NCBI GenBank assembly: GCA_963823335.1
Contig: CAWGLD010000001.1
Span: 1,184,001-1,248,000 of the forward strand
Direction of reading: 5' to 3'
Length of the DNA: 64,000 bases
DNA from: an uncultured delta proteobacterium
GTDB taxonomy: Bacteria > Desulfobacterota > Desulfobacteria > Desulfobacterales > B30-G6
Each line of letters opens with the position of its first letter. Positions within the stretch are counted from its first letter, which is position 1. Shown one piece after another: positions 9,292-19,458 of this stretch. The notes under the pieces are model-generated. The model saw only the letters and a list, made by a program, of their open reading frames with translations. It ran no database searches and was not told the origin of the DNA. The position numbers were made by a program, and so were the translations under genes.

Positions 9292-10617
9292 ATGAAACCT
9301 CGAATCGGCCCGCTTTTTGCGGATTTATACCAACTGACCATGGCGGCTGCCTATTTTCAAAAAGGCATGCAAGGGAATGCGACCTTTTCCCTTTTTGTGC
9401 GGGAGTCTGAAGTCCGGAATTTTTTTGTGGCGGCAGGGCTTGATGCGGTTCTGAATGAACTGGCATTTTTCAGGTTTTCTGAAGGAGAGATAGATTATTT
9501 AAAGGAGACAGGTCTTTTCTCGGATTCGTTTCTCTCTTTTCTGAAAAAAGTTCGTTTCAAGGGAAATATTTTCGCCATGCCGGAGGGGTCGATTTTCTTC
9601 CCGGACGAACCTCTACTCGAGGTAACAGCCCATATCGTCGAGGCCCAGATTATTGAAACCTTTTTGCTGAATACCATTGGCTCCCAGACCCTGTTTGCCT
9701 CCAAGGGTGCGCGGTGCATTCATGCGGCTGATGGGCGGCCTCTGGTTGATTTCTCTTTGAGAAGGACACAGGGCCAGGACGCCGGACTGAATGTTGCCAG
9801 AAGCACTTATATTTCGGGGTTTTCCGGAACAAGCAATCTATTGGCCGGACAACGCTACGGCATCCCTGTTTCCGGTACCATGGCGCATTCGTATATTTCA
9901 GCATTTGAACACGAGATCGATGCCTTTCGCACCTATGCAGCCATTTTCCCGGAACATTCTGTATTCCTCATCGACACATACGATACCATCGAGGGAGCCA
10001 GACAGGCGGTGCGTGTGGGCCTGGAAATGAGAAAACAGGGCCACTCACTCAAAGGGGTTCGTCTCGATAGTGGCGACATGATCGACCTGAGTTGCAGGGT
10101 ACGGGAACTTCTCGACAACGCCGGGCTTTCCGATGTTAAAATCTATGCCAGCAGCGGGTTTGACGAGTTTAAAATTCACGAACTGCTGGCAAAAGGTGCC
10201 TGCATCGATGCCTTCGGGGTTGGAACAAAGGTCGGCGTTTCCGCAGATGCGCCTTATTTGGATATCGTTTACAAGCTGGTCAAAATAAATGACAGGCTTG
10301 TGAGGAAATTGAGTTCGGGAAAGCAAACACTGGCCGGTGAAAAGCAGGTATTTCGAAAATATGATGCCCAAGGAAAGTTTGTTGAAGATATCATTGGTTT
10401 GAAAAACGAAACCATTGACGGTGCGACACCGCTGCTGTCAGCTGTGATGCAGCAGGGAAAACGAGTTGACATGCATTCGACCCTTAAGGATATTCAGGTT
10501 TTTTTCAAATCGAATTTCAGCGCATTGCCGGACCATTACAAATCGATCCATAAAAGACATCGCTATCCTGTGCACCTCAGCGGGCAGCTTGTTCTGGCAC
10601 AGAGCAGCATTTCATGA
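9292..10617 (+). CDS. pncB: nicotinate phosphoribosyltransferase
   Basis: DLYQLTM, DFSLRR, GTMAHS, LIDTYD, GVRLDSGD, FGVGT; start could be 9265. Confidence 0.93.
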   Translation: MKPRIGPLFADLYQLTMAAAYFQKGMQGNATFSLFVRESEVRNFFVAAGLDAVLNELAFFRFSEGEIDYLKETGLFSDSFLSFLKKVRFKGNIFAMPEGSIFFPDEPLLEVTAHIVEAQIIETFLLNTIGSQTLFASKGARCIHAADGRPLVDFSLRRTQGQDAGLNVARSTYISGFSGTSNLLAGQRYGIPVSGTMAHSYISAFEHEIDAFRTYAAIFPEHSVFLIDTYDTIEGARQAVRVGLEMRKQGHSLKGVRLDSGDMIDLSCRVRELLDNAGLSDVKIYASSGFDEFKIHELLAKGACIDAFGVGTKVGVSADAPYLDIVYKLVKINDRLVRKLSSGKQTLAGEKQVFRKYDAQGKFVEDIIGLKNETIDGATPLLSAVMQQGKRVDMHSTLKDIQVFFKSNFSALPDHYKSIHKRHRYPVHLSGQLVLAQSSIS

Positions 10618-10689
10618 CCATCAGCTCAAAGATGAAGATTGGCGGGGAATCTTTTATCGTGCATCTCTAAGAGATTACAAGGAGGCGAC

Positions 10690-11724
10690 ATGACGGCAAA
10701 TGAATTGCCCATCCCATCTTTTTTTAATGCCGCCCGTGTTGGGAAGGTTTGGAGGGTCCCTTATCAGGAAAGAGCCGGTGATGCGCAAAAATGGCGAGCC
10801 CGGTATGGCATCAGAACAAGTGCCCAGGATGTATTCAGAGTATGTCTGATGCTCATCGATGTTCAAAACACATTCTGTGTCCCGGGTTTTGAACTCTATG
10901 TGGGCGGGGCGACCGGAAACGGTGCCGTGGATGACAACCGGCGATTGGGAGCCTTTATCTACCGCAACATACCAGCGATCACGCAAATTTGCCCCAGCAT
11001 GGATACCCATCAGGTAATGCAGATTTTTCACAGTATTTTTCTTGTCAGCGATACCGGAGATCACCCGGACCCCTACACGCCCATATCGCTGGAAGATATC
11101 GAGAAAGGTGTCTGGCGTTTTAATAGAGAACTTATTGAAAGCCTTAAGATCGACGAACGATACGGGCAGGCCCATCTGGTGCACTATGCACGCCAGCTGA
11201 AGGCGGGGGGGAAATACGACCTTACCATCTGGCCCTATCATGCCATGCTTGGAGGTATCGGGCACGCACTGGTGTCAACCGTGGAGGAAGCGATCTTTTT
11301 TCATGCCATGTGCCGGTCCAGTCAACCTGATTTTCAGCTTAAAGGGGTTCATCCCTTTACCGAAAACTATTCTGTACTGCGTCCTGAAATCATCGAAGGC
11401 TTGGACAACAGTGAGCTTGGGGGGATAAATCAGCAACTTATGGACACGCTTCTGACATTTGACGCCCTCATTATTGCCGGGCAGGCAAAAAGCCATTGTG
11501 TGGCCTGGACCGTAGCGGATCTGTTATCTGAAATCGAAAACAAGGACCCGACCCTGGCATCCAAAGTATATCTGCTGGAAGATTGTACCTCCCCGGTGGT
11601 AATACCGGGCGTCATCGATTATACCGAGCCGGCCAATAAAGCATTTGAGCGATTCGAAAAAGCGGGGATGCATATTGTAACGTCCACAGATCCTTTGGTA
11701 AACTGGCCTGGCTTCCCGTCCTGA
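10690..11724 (+). CDS. isochorismatase-family / nicotinamidase-like hydrolase
   Basis: LIDVQNTF, MDTH, IWPYH, AGQAKSHCV; directly after pncB; GGAGG RBS. Confidence 0.85.
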   Translation: MTANELPIPSFFNAARVGKVWRVPYQERAGDAQKWRARYGIRTSAQDVFRVCLMLIDVQNTFCVPGFELYVGGATGNGAVDDNRRLGAFIYRNIPAITQICPSMDTHQVMQIFHSIFLVSDTGDHPDPYTPISLEDIEKGVWRFNRELIESLKIDERYGQAHLVHYARQLKAGGKYDLTIWPYHAMLGGIGHALVSTVEEAIFFHAMCRSSQPDFQLKGVHPFTENYSVLRPEIIEGLDNSELGGINQQLMDTLLTFDALIIAGQAKSHCVAWTVADLLSEIENKDPTLASKVYLLEDCTSPVVIPGVIDYTEPANKAFERFEKAGMHIVTSTDPLVNWPGFPS

Positions 11725-11807
11725 TCGATCCCGCCGTGGTGTTATTCAACCTTCGCAGTAGTATACTACGGCTTCAAGTTGAAATGCCTTGCGGCAGAAC
11801 CGATCAG
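11721..11807. repeat. 87-bp palindromic element with imperfect terminal inverted repeats
   Basis: CTGATCGATCCCGCCG/CGGCAGAACCGATCAG termini, inner TTCAAC/GTTGAA, central GTAGTATACTAC. Confidence 0.6.
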
Positions 11808-11884
11808 AACGGAAACCGTTTGGGATTTGTCGCAATGGCTCAAATCGGCTTCAGCAAAGCATGTCCCAATTTCCTCTAACAGGC

Positions 11885-12040
11885 TAATCCGAAGTGGTTT
11901 CAATTACTTCAATTGGGTTCAAGGTCAAGGCGGATTGGAATGTTTAACCGGAAGAATACCCAGGGTATTTTGAGGATTAAACATACCGGTCCAACGCAGA
12001 CATTGGACGCGAGGGGAGTAATTGAAACCACTTCTGGTTA
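11885..12040. mobile_element. MITE-like element, family B
   Basis: TIR GAAGTGGTTTCAATTACT/AGTAATTGAAACCACTTC; core CAAGGCGG...ATAC..GTATT.TGAGGA...CCAAC.CAGA shared with 51759 and 62388. Confidence 0.75.
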
Positions 12041-12745
12041 TATGCCCAGGTAGGCCTTCTTGACATTTTCATCGGCAAGCAGGTTCTGGCTGCTGTCGGA
12101 CAGGGTGATGCGTCCGTTTTCCATGACATATCCCCTGTGGGCAACCTGCAGGGCAAGGTTGGCATTCTGCTCCACAAGAAAGATCGTGGTTTTGTTTTCC
12201 TGATTGATTTTGCGAATAATTCTGAAAATCTGTTTTACGATCAATGGGGCTAGGCCCAGGGAAGGTTCATCCAGGAGAAGGAGCCTGGGTCTTGCCATAA
12301 GGGCCCTTGCGACCGCCAGCATCTGTTGCTCACCACCGCTGAGGGTGCCCCCTGACTGGTGACGCCGCTCAGCCAGGATAGGAAAAAGATCAAAGATATA
12401 TTCCACGTCTTTGTGAATCTCACTGGTATCGTTTCGTAAAAAGGCGCCCATATCAAGATTTTCCATTACGGTAAGATAGGGGAAAATCCGGCGCCCTTCA
12501 GGTACCTGACTGATGCCAAGGGCCACGATCTGGTTGGGAGAAAGTTTCTGGAGTGGTTTTCCCAAAAAGAGGATCTCACCGGATCTCGGGGGCACGATGC
12601 CGGATATGGACATGAGGGTCGTGGTTTTTCCGGCACCATTTGCACCGATCAGGGTAATGATCTCACCTTCTGAGATTTCTAGACTAATTCCCTTTATGGC
12701 CTGAATATTACCATAGTAGGTCTGAATGTTCTTAACCTCAAGCAT
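12038..12745 (-). CDS. livF: branched-chain amino acid ABC transporter ATPase
   Basis: GANGAGKTT, VPEGRRIF, LSGGEQQMLA, LLLLDEPSLGLAP. Confidence 0.95.
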   Translation of the reverse strand: MLEVKNIQTYYGNIQAIKGISLEISEGEIITLIGANGAGKTTTLMSISGIVPPRSGEILFLGKPLQKLSPNQIVALGISQVPEGRRIFPYLTVMENLDMGAFLRNDTSEIHKDVEYIFDLFPILAERRHQSGGTLSGGEQQMLAVARALMARPRLLLLDEPSLGLAPLIVKQIFRIIRKINQENKTTIFLVEQNANLALQVAHRGYVMENGRITLSDSSQNLLADENVKKAYLGI

Positions 12746-13526
12746 CCAATTCTTCTCCCAGATACGCTTTTATAACAGCTGGATTGGCCTTGATTTCCCG
12801 GGGTGTTCCTTCGGCAATTTTTTTGCCGTAGTCCACCACATAAATACGATCGGACAGGCTCATCACCAGTTTCATGTCGTGCTCGATAAGCAGGATGGAA
12901 ATATTTTCCTGGTCGCGTATGCGGACAATCAGATCGTCGAGCTCTTTGGTTTCCCTGGCATTCATTCCTGCGGCGGGTTCATCCAGAAGCAGAATCGATG
13001 GGTCCGTTGCCATGGCGCGGGCGATTTCCAGGCGTCGCTGTGCACCGTAGGGAAGGTTTTTTGCGTATTCGTTGACAAATTGTTCCAAACCTATTTTTTC
13101 AAGCACCCTGTAGCTGTCCTCGACAACTTTTTGTTCTTCTCTGACCGTGGCAGGATTTCTGAAAATGGCGCCGGGTATGCCGGCAGACATGCGACAATGA
13201 CGGCCGATCATGACGTTTTCCAGAACCGTCATGTTTTGGAACAGACGAATATTCTGAAACGTACGGGCCATACCGTTTTCAGTAACATGGTTGGGTTTCA
13301 GACCCTTGATAAGTGTTCTTTCTCCCCCGGGCGGGGTGATGGCAACATCCCCTTTTGTGGGTGGATATATACCGGTGATGCAGTTAAAAAAGGTGGTCTT
13401 TCCCGCACCATTGGGGCCAATCAGTGCAACGATTTCACCTTGCCCGACAGTCAGACTGATGTCGTCCAGGGCTCTTAGCCCGCCGAAATCTTTGGTCAGA
13501 TTTGTTACTTCGAGAATCGGTTTCAT
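12738..13526 (-). CDS. livG: branched-chain amino acid ABC transporter ATPase
   Basis: GPNGAGKTT, ARTFQNIRLF, LPYGAQRRLEIARA, IEHDM. Confidence 0.95.
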   Translation of the reverse strand: MKPILEVTNLTKDFGGLRALDDISLTVGQGEIVALIGPNGAGKTTFFNCITGIYPPTKGDVAITPPGGERTLIKGLKPNHVTENGMARTFQNIRLFQNMTVLENVMIGRHCRMSAGIPGAIFRNPATVREEQKVVEDSYRVLEKIGLEQFVNEYAKNLPYGAQRRLEIARAMATDPSILLLDEPAAGMNARETKELDDLIVRIRDQENISILLIEHDMKLVMSLSDRIYVVDYGKKIAEGTPREIKANPAVIKAYLGEELDA

Positions 13527-13530
13527 ATAC

Positions 13531-14751
13531 TTAAACAGTCGGTTGCTTGCTCTTTAATCCTTTGAACTTGTATGTTTTTCGAACATCCGTAATAATTCCC
13601 CCGGGTCGGAAGACCATCATGATGACCAGCGTGGCTCCAAAAATTAGCATGCGGTACTCGGAAAATGCCCGCAGATATTCCGGCAGAAGAATCAGAACCA
13701 GGGCGCCGAAAATAACACCCAATACAGACCCCATGCCACCCAGGACCACGATACATAAAATAATGATGGATTCCCAGATGGTAAAACTGGCAGGATTGAT
13801 GAACGTGGTTTTTGCTGCAAAGACCACGCCGCCGATGCCGGCCCAGGTAGCACCTAGGGCAAAGGCGCTCAGCTTGGTCCGGGTCTTGTCAATACCCATG
13901 GCCTGACACGCCACCTCGTCCTCCCTGAGGGCAATCCAGGCCCTTCCCAGCCGAGAGTCCTGCAGACGTTTGACCACAAAGATGGTAAAAATGGCCATAC
14001 CGATCATCAGGAAATAAACATAGGTGATGGATTGAGACAGGGAGAACTCCATACCGAAAAAACCGGGTCTGGGGATATTGGCAATGCCGCTGGGTCCAAA
14101 AGAAAAGGCATTCCAGTTTTCCAGAATCAGGCGGATGATCTCACCAAATCCCAGAGTGACGATGGCCAGGTAATCTCCCCGAAGACGGAGGACCGGGAAA
14201 CCCAGCATGACACCGAAAAGAAAGGCGAATGTGGCCCCGATGGGCAGAGCCGCCCAGAACCCCAGCCCGAAATGATGATTGAGCAGGGCGTAACTGTAGG
14301 CACCCACGGCGTAAAACGCGACATATCCCAGATCGAGCAGTCCGGCGAGACCGACAACAATGTTCAGACCCAGCCCGACGACCACATAAATAAGTGCTGT
14401 GGTCATGATGTTGGTTTGATACATGGAAAAGACAAAAGGAAAGGCAATGATGAAAATACCAAGCGCGATGGCAGCGGGAACACTGAATTGCCTGTTCTTG
14501 ATGAGTCTCTGTACAAGGGGCAGGGTTCCGGCCTCCTCGGCTTTTTTTTCACCGGCTTCTTTTCTTTTGTGGAGGTATCGCCAGAGGAATGACAGAAAAA
14601 ACGCACCGATCCCCACCATGAACATTCTTTTCCAGCGCCATTCAATGATATCGTCGATCGTGTTCACACGAATTACCATGATGGGAAAGGTCAGGAACAT
14701 CAGCCACAACGCCACCAGAAACGATTTTCTTATTTCATTGAAACGAAACAT
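13531..14751 (-). CDS. livM: branched-chain amino acid ABC transporter permease
   Basis: GLAGLLDLGYVAFYAVGAY, LRLRGDYLAIVTLGFGEI. Confidence 0.93.
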   Translation of the reverse strand: MFRFNEIRKSFLVALWLMFLTFPIMVIRVNTIDDIIEWRWKRMFMVGIGAFFLSFLWRYLHKRKEAGEKKAEEAGTLPLVQRLIKNRQFSVPAAIALGIFIIAFPFVFSMYQTNIMTTALIYVVVGLGLNIVVGLAGLLDLGYVAFYAVGAYSYALLNHHFGLGFWAALPIGATFAFLFGVMLGFPVLRLRGDYLAIVTLGFGEIIRLILENWNAFSFGPSGIANIPRPGFFGMEFSLSQSITYVYFLMIGMAIFTIFVVKRLQDSRLGRAWIALREDEVACQAMGIDKTRTKLSAFALGATWAGIGGVVFAAKTTFINPASFTIWESIIILCIVVLGGMGSVLGVIFGALVLILLPEYLRAFSEYRMLIFGATLVIMMVFRPGGIITDVRKTYKFKGLKSKQPTV

Positions 14752-14764
14752 AATTTTTTTAATG

Positions 14765-14859
14765 GTTTTAAGTTTTAGGTTTTAAGTTTTAGGATTGGTT
14801 TTCAGTGAGTATAAATAGCGGGTCTTCATACTTAACACTTAAAACCTAACACCTAAAAC
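14765..14859. repeat. inverted pair of 7-nt tandem repeats
   Basis: (GTTTTAR)x4 at 14765-14792 faces (CYTAAMA)x4 at 14831-14858. Confidence 0.8.
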
Positions 14860-14885
14860 ATGATGAATTCATCCGTTTGAATTCA

Positions 14886-15788
14886 TCATACTTTATCTGT
14901 ATCTGATCTGCCCAAAATACCCGAAGGCCTGAATATCAGGGTAAACACCAGAAAGAGGAAAGCGAAGACATCCTCATAATCACTGGAGATATAGCCTGTG
15001 AAAAAGCTTTCCGACATGCCCAGCACCAGGCTTCCCAGCACAGCCCCCGGCATGCTGCCGATGCCGCCCAGCACAGCGGCCACGAAGGCCTTGATGCCGG
15101 CGATAAATCCTATGTAGTAATTGATCTGTCCCGTGTGGGACGCGATCAGGACACCTCCCAATGCGGCGGTGGCGGAACCGACAATAAATGTCATCGAAAT
15201 GACTTTGTTGACATCGACCCCCACCAGCATGGCCATGTTGCGGTCCTGGGCGGTGGCCCGCATGGCTTTTCCGATTTTGGTGAACTTGATGAGAACGGTC
15301 AGGAGAACCATGACGATGGTGGTGGTGACATAGATTACGATTTCGGAGGAGCGGACAATATGTTCAACGGGTTCCAGGAATTTAAAATCCGGAATCAGGT
15401 TGGGGAACGGCATATAATTGGAAGTCTGGGCCAGCAGCACGTAGTATTGCAGAAACATGGACATACCGATGGCGCTGATGAGCGCCGAGAGCCTGGGTGC
15501 CTGGCGCAGCGGTTTATAGGCTATTTTTTCGATGGTGAACCCGTAAGCGGCGGAGTAAACAACCGCTACAATAGAAGCGATAACGAGAATGGCAATCTGG
15601 TTCCAGCCCAGCATAGATAGAATGCCGGCCACGATAAGGGCGGTAAAGGCACCCAGCATGTAAATCTCACCATGGGCAAAATTGATGAGCTGGATGATAC
15701 CGTACACCATGGTGTACCCGAGGGCAATCAGGGCGTAAATACTTCCCCGTGTGAGGCCTCCCAGAAAAAGTTCTATAAAATAGTCCAT
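14886..15788 (-). CDS. livH: branched-chain amino acid ABC transporter permease
   Basis: GSIYALIALGYTMVYG..INFAHGE, KAFVAAVLGGIGS. Confidence 0.95.
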   Translation of the reverse strand: MDYFIELFLGGLTRGSIYALIALGYTMVYGIIQLINFAHGEIYMLGAFTALIVAGILSMLGWNQIAILVIASIVAVVYSAAYGFTIEKIAYKPLRQAPRLSALISAIGMSMFLQYYVLLAQTSNYMPFPNLIPDFKFLEPVEHIVRSSEIVIYVTTTIVMVLLTVLIKFTKIGKAMRATAQDRNMAMLVGVDVNKVISMTFIVGSATAALGGVLIASHTGQINYYIGFIAGIKAFVAAVLGGIGSMPGAVLGSLVLGMSESFFTGYISSDYEDVFAFLFLVFTLIFRPSGILGRSDTDKV

Positions 15789-15804
15789 CGGTAAATTCTT
15801 AATT

Positions 15805-15842
15805 AAAAAAGACAGGGGTCAGGCCCTCATGGCCTGGCCCCC
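15805..15842 (-). terminator. hairpin (terminator or attenuator) after the substrate-binding gene
   Basis: GGGGTCAGGCC-N5-GGCCTGGCCCC stem with a minus-strand T tract. Confidence 0.65.
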
Positions 15843-15865
15843 GAAGTGTTTGGTGTCATGATGGG

Positions 15866-17020
15866 TTATTTGACTTCATAATAAGCGCCGTTTTTAACCC
15901 GATACATGGAAAAACCGACGCCGGTGGCATCGCCATTTTTGTCAAAGCGGATCTTTCCCAGGGGTGTGTCGACATACTCTGTTTTCAATGCAGTGGTGAT
16001 GGCATTGTAATCCATTTCGCCTTTGTTGATACCCTCGGCACCTGCTTTTTCAATGGCATTCAAAAGTGCCAGGGCTGCAGAATAGGCATTCAGAAAAAAT
16101 GCACCCGGATCCTCACCATAAGCTGCTTTGTGGGCCTCATTGGCTGCTACTGCCATGGGGTTCGAGGATACGTCCTTGGGACCGGTAGCATAAACGCCTT
16201 CAGCATAAACACCGGCTACCTTGATGAAGGTATCGTCCTTAACGCCATCATCGGAGATGAAAATGGTTTTCATTTTTTTCTTGCGCATTTCCATGACAAT
16301 TTTGGATGCTTCCGGGTGATAGCCGCCAAAAATTACGGCTTCCGCACCGGACCGCTTAATCTTTTGAACCACAGCGGCGTAGCTGACAGCGCCAGGTGTG
16401 ACACCTTCATATAGCACCACCTCTGCTTCGGGCTCAGCTTCCAGGAAACTTTTGGCAAATTCTGCCAATCCTTTACCGTAGTCACCCTTGTCATGCAGAA
16501 CGGCGATTTTTTTCACCCTTAGAATATCCAGAGCAAAGTCAACCTCCAGCCGTGCCTGAGCATCGTCTGATGCGATGGTTCGGTAGAAGTTCGGGTAGTC
16601 TCCACTTTGTGTTAATCCAGGATTGGTTGCCGATGGAGACATGACAACGACTTTTGAGCCCATATATATACCGAGGGCTGCCTTGGTGGCACCACTGCAG
16701 ATATGACCCAAGACCACGTTTACGCCTTCCCCGACCAGCTTGGTGGCAGTGTTTGTAGCAACTTCAGGTTTACAGACGTCATCTTCGACCACGAGTTCAA
16801 CCGGTTTTCCCATAACGCCGCCCTTGGCATTGATCTCTTTGACAACAAGCTCTGCGGCTTTGACCGTCGGGATACCGTAAGAGGCTAGATCGCCACTGTG
16901 TGGCCCTGCAACACCCAGTTTGATTGTGTCTGCCGCAAGTGACAAGCCTGACAGGGTCAAGCAGAGAAACGTGGTCGTAAATGCGATCGCGAGTATTTTC
17001 CGGACATGGTTTTTCATCAT
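15866..17020 (-). CDS. branched-chain amino acid ABC substrate-binding protein (LivJ/LivK family)
   Basis: Signal peptide, IKLGVAGPHSG, GHICSG, SPSATNP, HDKGDYGKGLA. Confidence 0.93.
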   Translation of the reverse strand: MMKNHVRKILAIAFTTTFLCLTLSGLSLAADTIKLGVAGPHSGDLASYGIPTVKAAELVVKEINAKGGVMGKPVELVVEDDVCKPEVATNTATKLVGEGVNVVLGHICSGATKAALGIYMGSKVVVMSPSATNPGLTQSGDYPNFYRTIASDDAQARLEVDFALDILRVKKIAVLHDKGDYGKGLAEFAKSFLEAEPEAEVVLYEGVTPGAVSYAAVVQKIKRSGAEAVIFGGYHPEASKIVMEMRKKKMKTIFISDDGVKDDTFIKVAGVYAEGVYATGPKDVSSNPMAVAANEAHKAAYGEDPGAFFLNAYSAALALLNAIEKAGAEGINKGEMDYNAITTALKTEYVDTPLGKIRFDKNGDATGVGFSMYRVKNGAYYEVK

Positions 17021-17071
17021 TGCATTTCCTCCTTATATGTTAATAAATAGAATATCCTAACAAGGTTAGAA

Positions 17072-17100
17072 TTTATAAACCCAAGTAGGAGTTGAGTCAA
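17072..17100 (-). promoter_or_regulatory. sigma70-type promoter of the liv operon
   Basis: Minus strand TTGACT-N17-TATAAA. Confidence 0.55.
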
Positions 17101-17283
17101 GCTAAAAGAGGCAGAACCAGTATCACTCAATCATGTTTCCGGGTAAATTTCAAGAATATGATAAAAAATATTGCTGTTTGATGTGCTTCCCGGTAAGAAA
17201 GCAGCATTGTGGAACATCTCCCGGGTCACTGTCGTTATGAAGGCAAACAAGAGCATAAATGCCTGTCTGGAGTCTTTAACGCC

Positions 17284-18141
17284 TTGAAAAAAATAGGAGT
17301 CGTCGTCAAAGAAGATACAGAGGCCATGAACCAGGCCGATAAATTTGAGTCCTGGCTGGTTGCCAATGGGGTTTCCGTCATCCGCAGGAATATCGAGTGG
17401 ACGGATGGCGCCAACCTCGAACGCGGCCCTTCCTGTGCTTCACCGGATCTGTATTGTGTCTTTGCCCTGGGTGGCGATGGAACCTTTCTGAGTGCGGTCC
17501 GCTGGATCGGTGATCAGAAAATTCCCATTCTGGGGGTGAAATTCGGTGAGTTGGGCTTTCTTGCGGAGACAGATGAAAACAGCCTTTTGCGTGTGGGGGA
17601 AGCTGTTTTGAAAGGGGCCTTTAAAACCCGGCCGAGGATGCGGCTTCAGGTCAAGATTGACCGTCATGGTAAGCAAATTTCAAAAGCAACCGTGCTCAAT
17701 GACGTGGTGATCAATCGAGGTGCATCGACGCACCTGGCACATATTCAAACCTATATCGACGAGCATTTTTTAACGGAGTACCGGGCGGATGGACTTATCG
17801 TTTCAACACCCACAGGATCCACCGCATATTCACTGGCCGCCGGCGGCCCGATTGTCCATCCAGGAGTCAACAGCATACTGTTGTCGCCCATCTGCCCATT
17901 TACATTGACAAATCGGCCTTTGCTCGTTCCCGACTCTGTACGGATCAAAATTCAGCTGGCTGAGAGATCTTCAGATGCCATCGTGACCTTTGACGGCCAG
18001 GCCGCGTGCGAAATCGATTCAGGGGATATGATCACCATCCAGAAAGGTGATCATCCCATTTATGTGATTACACTACTGGACCATGACGATTATTTTGACC
18101 TCTTGAAGACCAAGCTCAGGTGGAGCGGTTCGCGGGTTTAA
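17284..18141 (+). CDS. nadK: NAD+ kinase
   Basis: LGGDGTFL, GELGFL, LNDVV, DGLIVSTPTGSTAYSLAAGG; TTG start inferred. Confidence 0.93.
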   Translation: MKKIGVVVKEDTEAMNQADKFESWLVANGVSVIRRNIEWTDGANLERGPSCASPDLYCVFALGGDGTFLSAVRWIGDQKIPILGVKFGELGFLAETDENSLLRVGEAVLKGAFKTRPRMRLQVKIDRHGKQISKATVLNDVVINRGASTHLAHIQTYIDEHFLTEYRADGLIVSTPTGSTAYSLAAGGPIVHPGVNSILLSPICPFTLTNRPLLVPDSVRIKIQLAERSSDAIVTFDGQAACEIDSGDMITIQKGDHPIYVITLLDHDDYFDLLKTKLRWSGSRV

Positions 18142-18211
18142 AACACGAGGGTTTGAGGGTCGCTGTCAGCCACCCTTCGACCCTTCAGTCCTCCACTCCT
18201 CCAACCCTATA

Positions 18212-19249
18212 TTACCTCCGCAATCCAGCATCGGTGTTTTCACCCACCGCTTCTGGGGGTAGATTCGATTTTATGAGGAAATTTTTCTGTAGGGACTGGA
18301 AGACCTTATCTACATTTTCAACGCCATCCCTTATTTCTTGAATACCACGTATGGTGGATGTCGTAATTTCCGGAACATCCTGACTCCCTTTTTCAACATT
18401 TTCCAGGATTGCTTTAATGGTGGGCATATTGGTTTCAATCTGAACCAGGATGTCTTTCAAAATCGCCACACTTTCTGTAACCCCCCTTGTAACATCTTCA
18501 ACACCGGCCAGACTGGTTTGTGCCTGATCCACCGTGCCGGGTGTTTTTGAGCTGGCTTCCGAAAGAGATGCCAGTATTTCACCAACGCTTTTGAGCCGCA
18601 TTAAAATGACGTCCAGCAGCTGGGTCGACGTTAACAGGTTTCCCAGGGTGCCGTCGCCGTCCTCGATTCCCCTCGTTATGGCTTCGACATGTTGGGTTGT
18701 CTTGTTGATGTTTTCAAACGCAGATAAAAGCGGCCCATTGGGATCGTTGAGCGTCTGAGTGAATTCTGCGATATCCTGAATGGCCTGGACAAGCTTCCTG
18801 ACGGTTTCTTCCACCTCAAACTCGGCCATGACATCGGCAATCGATTTTTTAGCTTTTGATGAAATGTCACCTCCCTGGGGTAGCAACGGGGCATCGGCGG
18901 AACCCGGAATGATGGATATGTACTCGGACCCGATTAAAGTGGGACTCTCGACGGTGGCCAGGGTATCTGTACGGATTCTTGATTCATATTTTTCTAAAAT
19001 GACGAGTTTGACCTTGACCTTGTTTTCGACGGTAATGGCCTTGACCGTGCCGATGTTGGTTTTGAACAGTTTCACATCGGCACCGACCTTCAGGTTGTAG
19101 CTTTCATTGAAGGTCGTATAATATGTATTGTACTTCTCAAACCAGTTTTTACCGCGCCCTATGACAATAATGGCTGACAACAACAGTAAAGCGATGGAGA
19201 TAACAAATATACCGACAATTTTTTCTTTTCTGTTATATGTGATTTCCAT
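18212..19249 (-). CDS. MlaD/MCE-family protein
   Basis: N-terminal TM (VGIFV), LKVGADVK...IGTVKAI, LIGSEYISIIPGS, helical C-terminus. Confidence 0.88.
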   Translation of the reverse strand: MEITYNRKEKIVGIFVISIALLLLSAIIVIGRGKNWFEKYNTYYTTFNESYNLKVGADVKLFKTNIGTVKAITVENKVKVKLVILEKYESRIRTDTLATVESPTLIGSEYISIIPGSADAPLLPQGGDISSKAKKSIADVMAEFEVEETVRKLVQAIQDIAEFTQTLNDPNGPLLSAFENINKTTQHVEAITRGIEDGDGTLGNLLTSTQLLDVILMRLKSVGEILASLSEASSKTPGTVDQAQTSLAGVEDVTRGVTESVAILKDILVQIETNMPTIKAILENVEKGSQDVPEITTSTIRGIQEIRDGVENVDKVFQSLQKNFLIKSNLPPEAVGENTDAGLRR

Positions 19250-19283
19250 GTCTTAGCCTTTTTAGGGTTTAGACTGAAGGCTG

Positions 19284-19458
19284 TTATTGCCTCGGCAGTT
19301 AAACACCCTACGGATGTCATTCCCGCGAAAGCGGGAATCCAGAAAGGCACTGGATGCGCCCGCTAACTAATTGCTGGGGCAGGCTTATCAAGCTTGTCCC
19401 CGACCTGATCGGGGATCCGGCATGACGGTGTTTGGCTATTTAGTTGCCGGGTTAATAG
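19284..19458. repeat. REP-type cassette with imperfect terminal inverted repeats
   Basis: GTCATTCCCGCGAAAGCGGGAATCCAG at 19316-19342, then CTGGATG...CCGGCATGAC and CCCCGA..TCGGGG hairpins. Confidence 0.75.

Noticed and set aside
14765-14859. CRISPR array
   Set aside because: 7-nt period with no spacers, and no cas genes in the window
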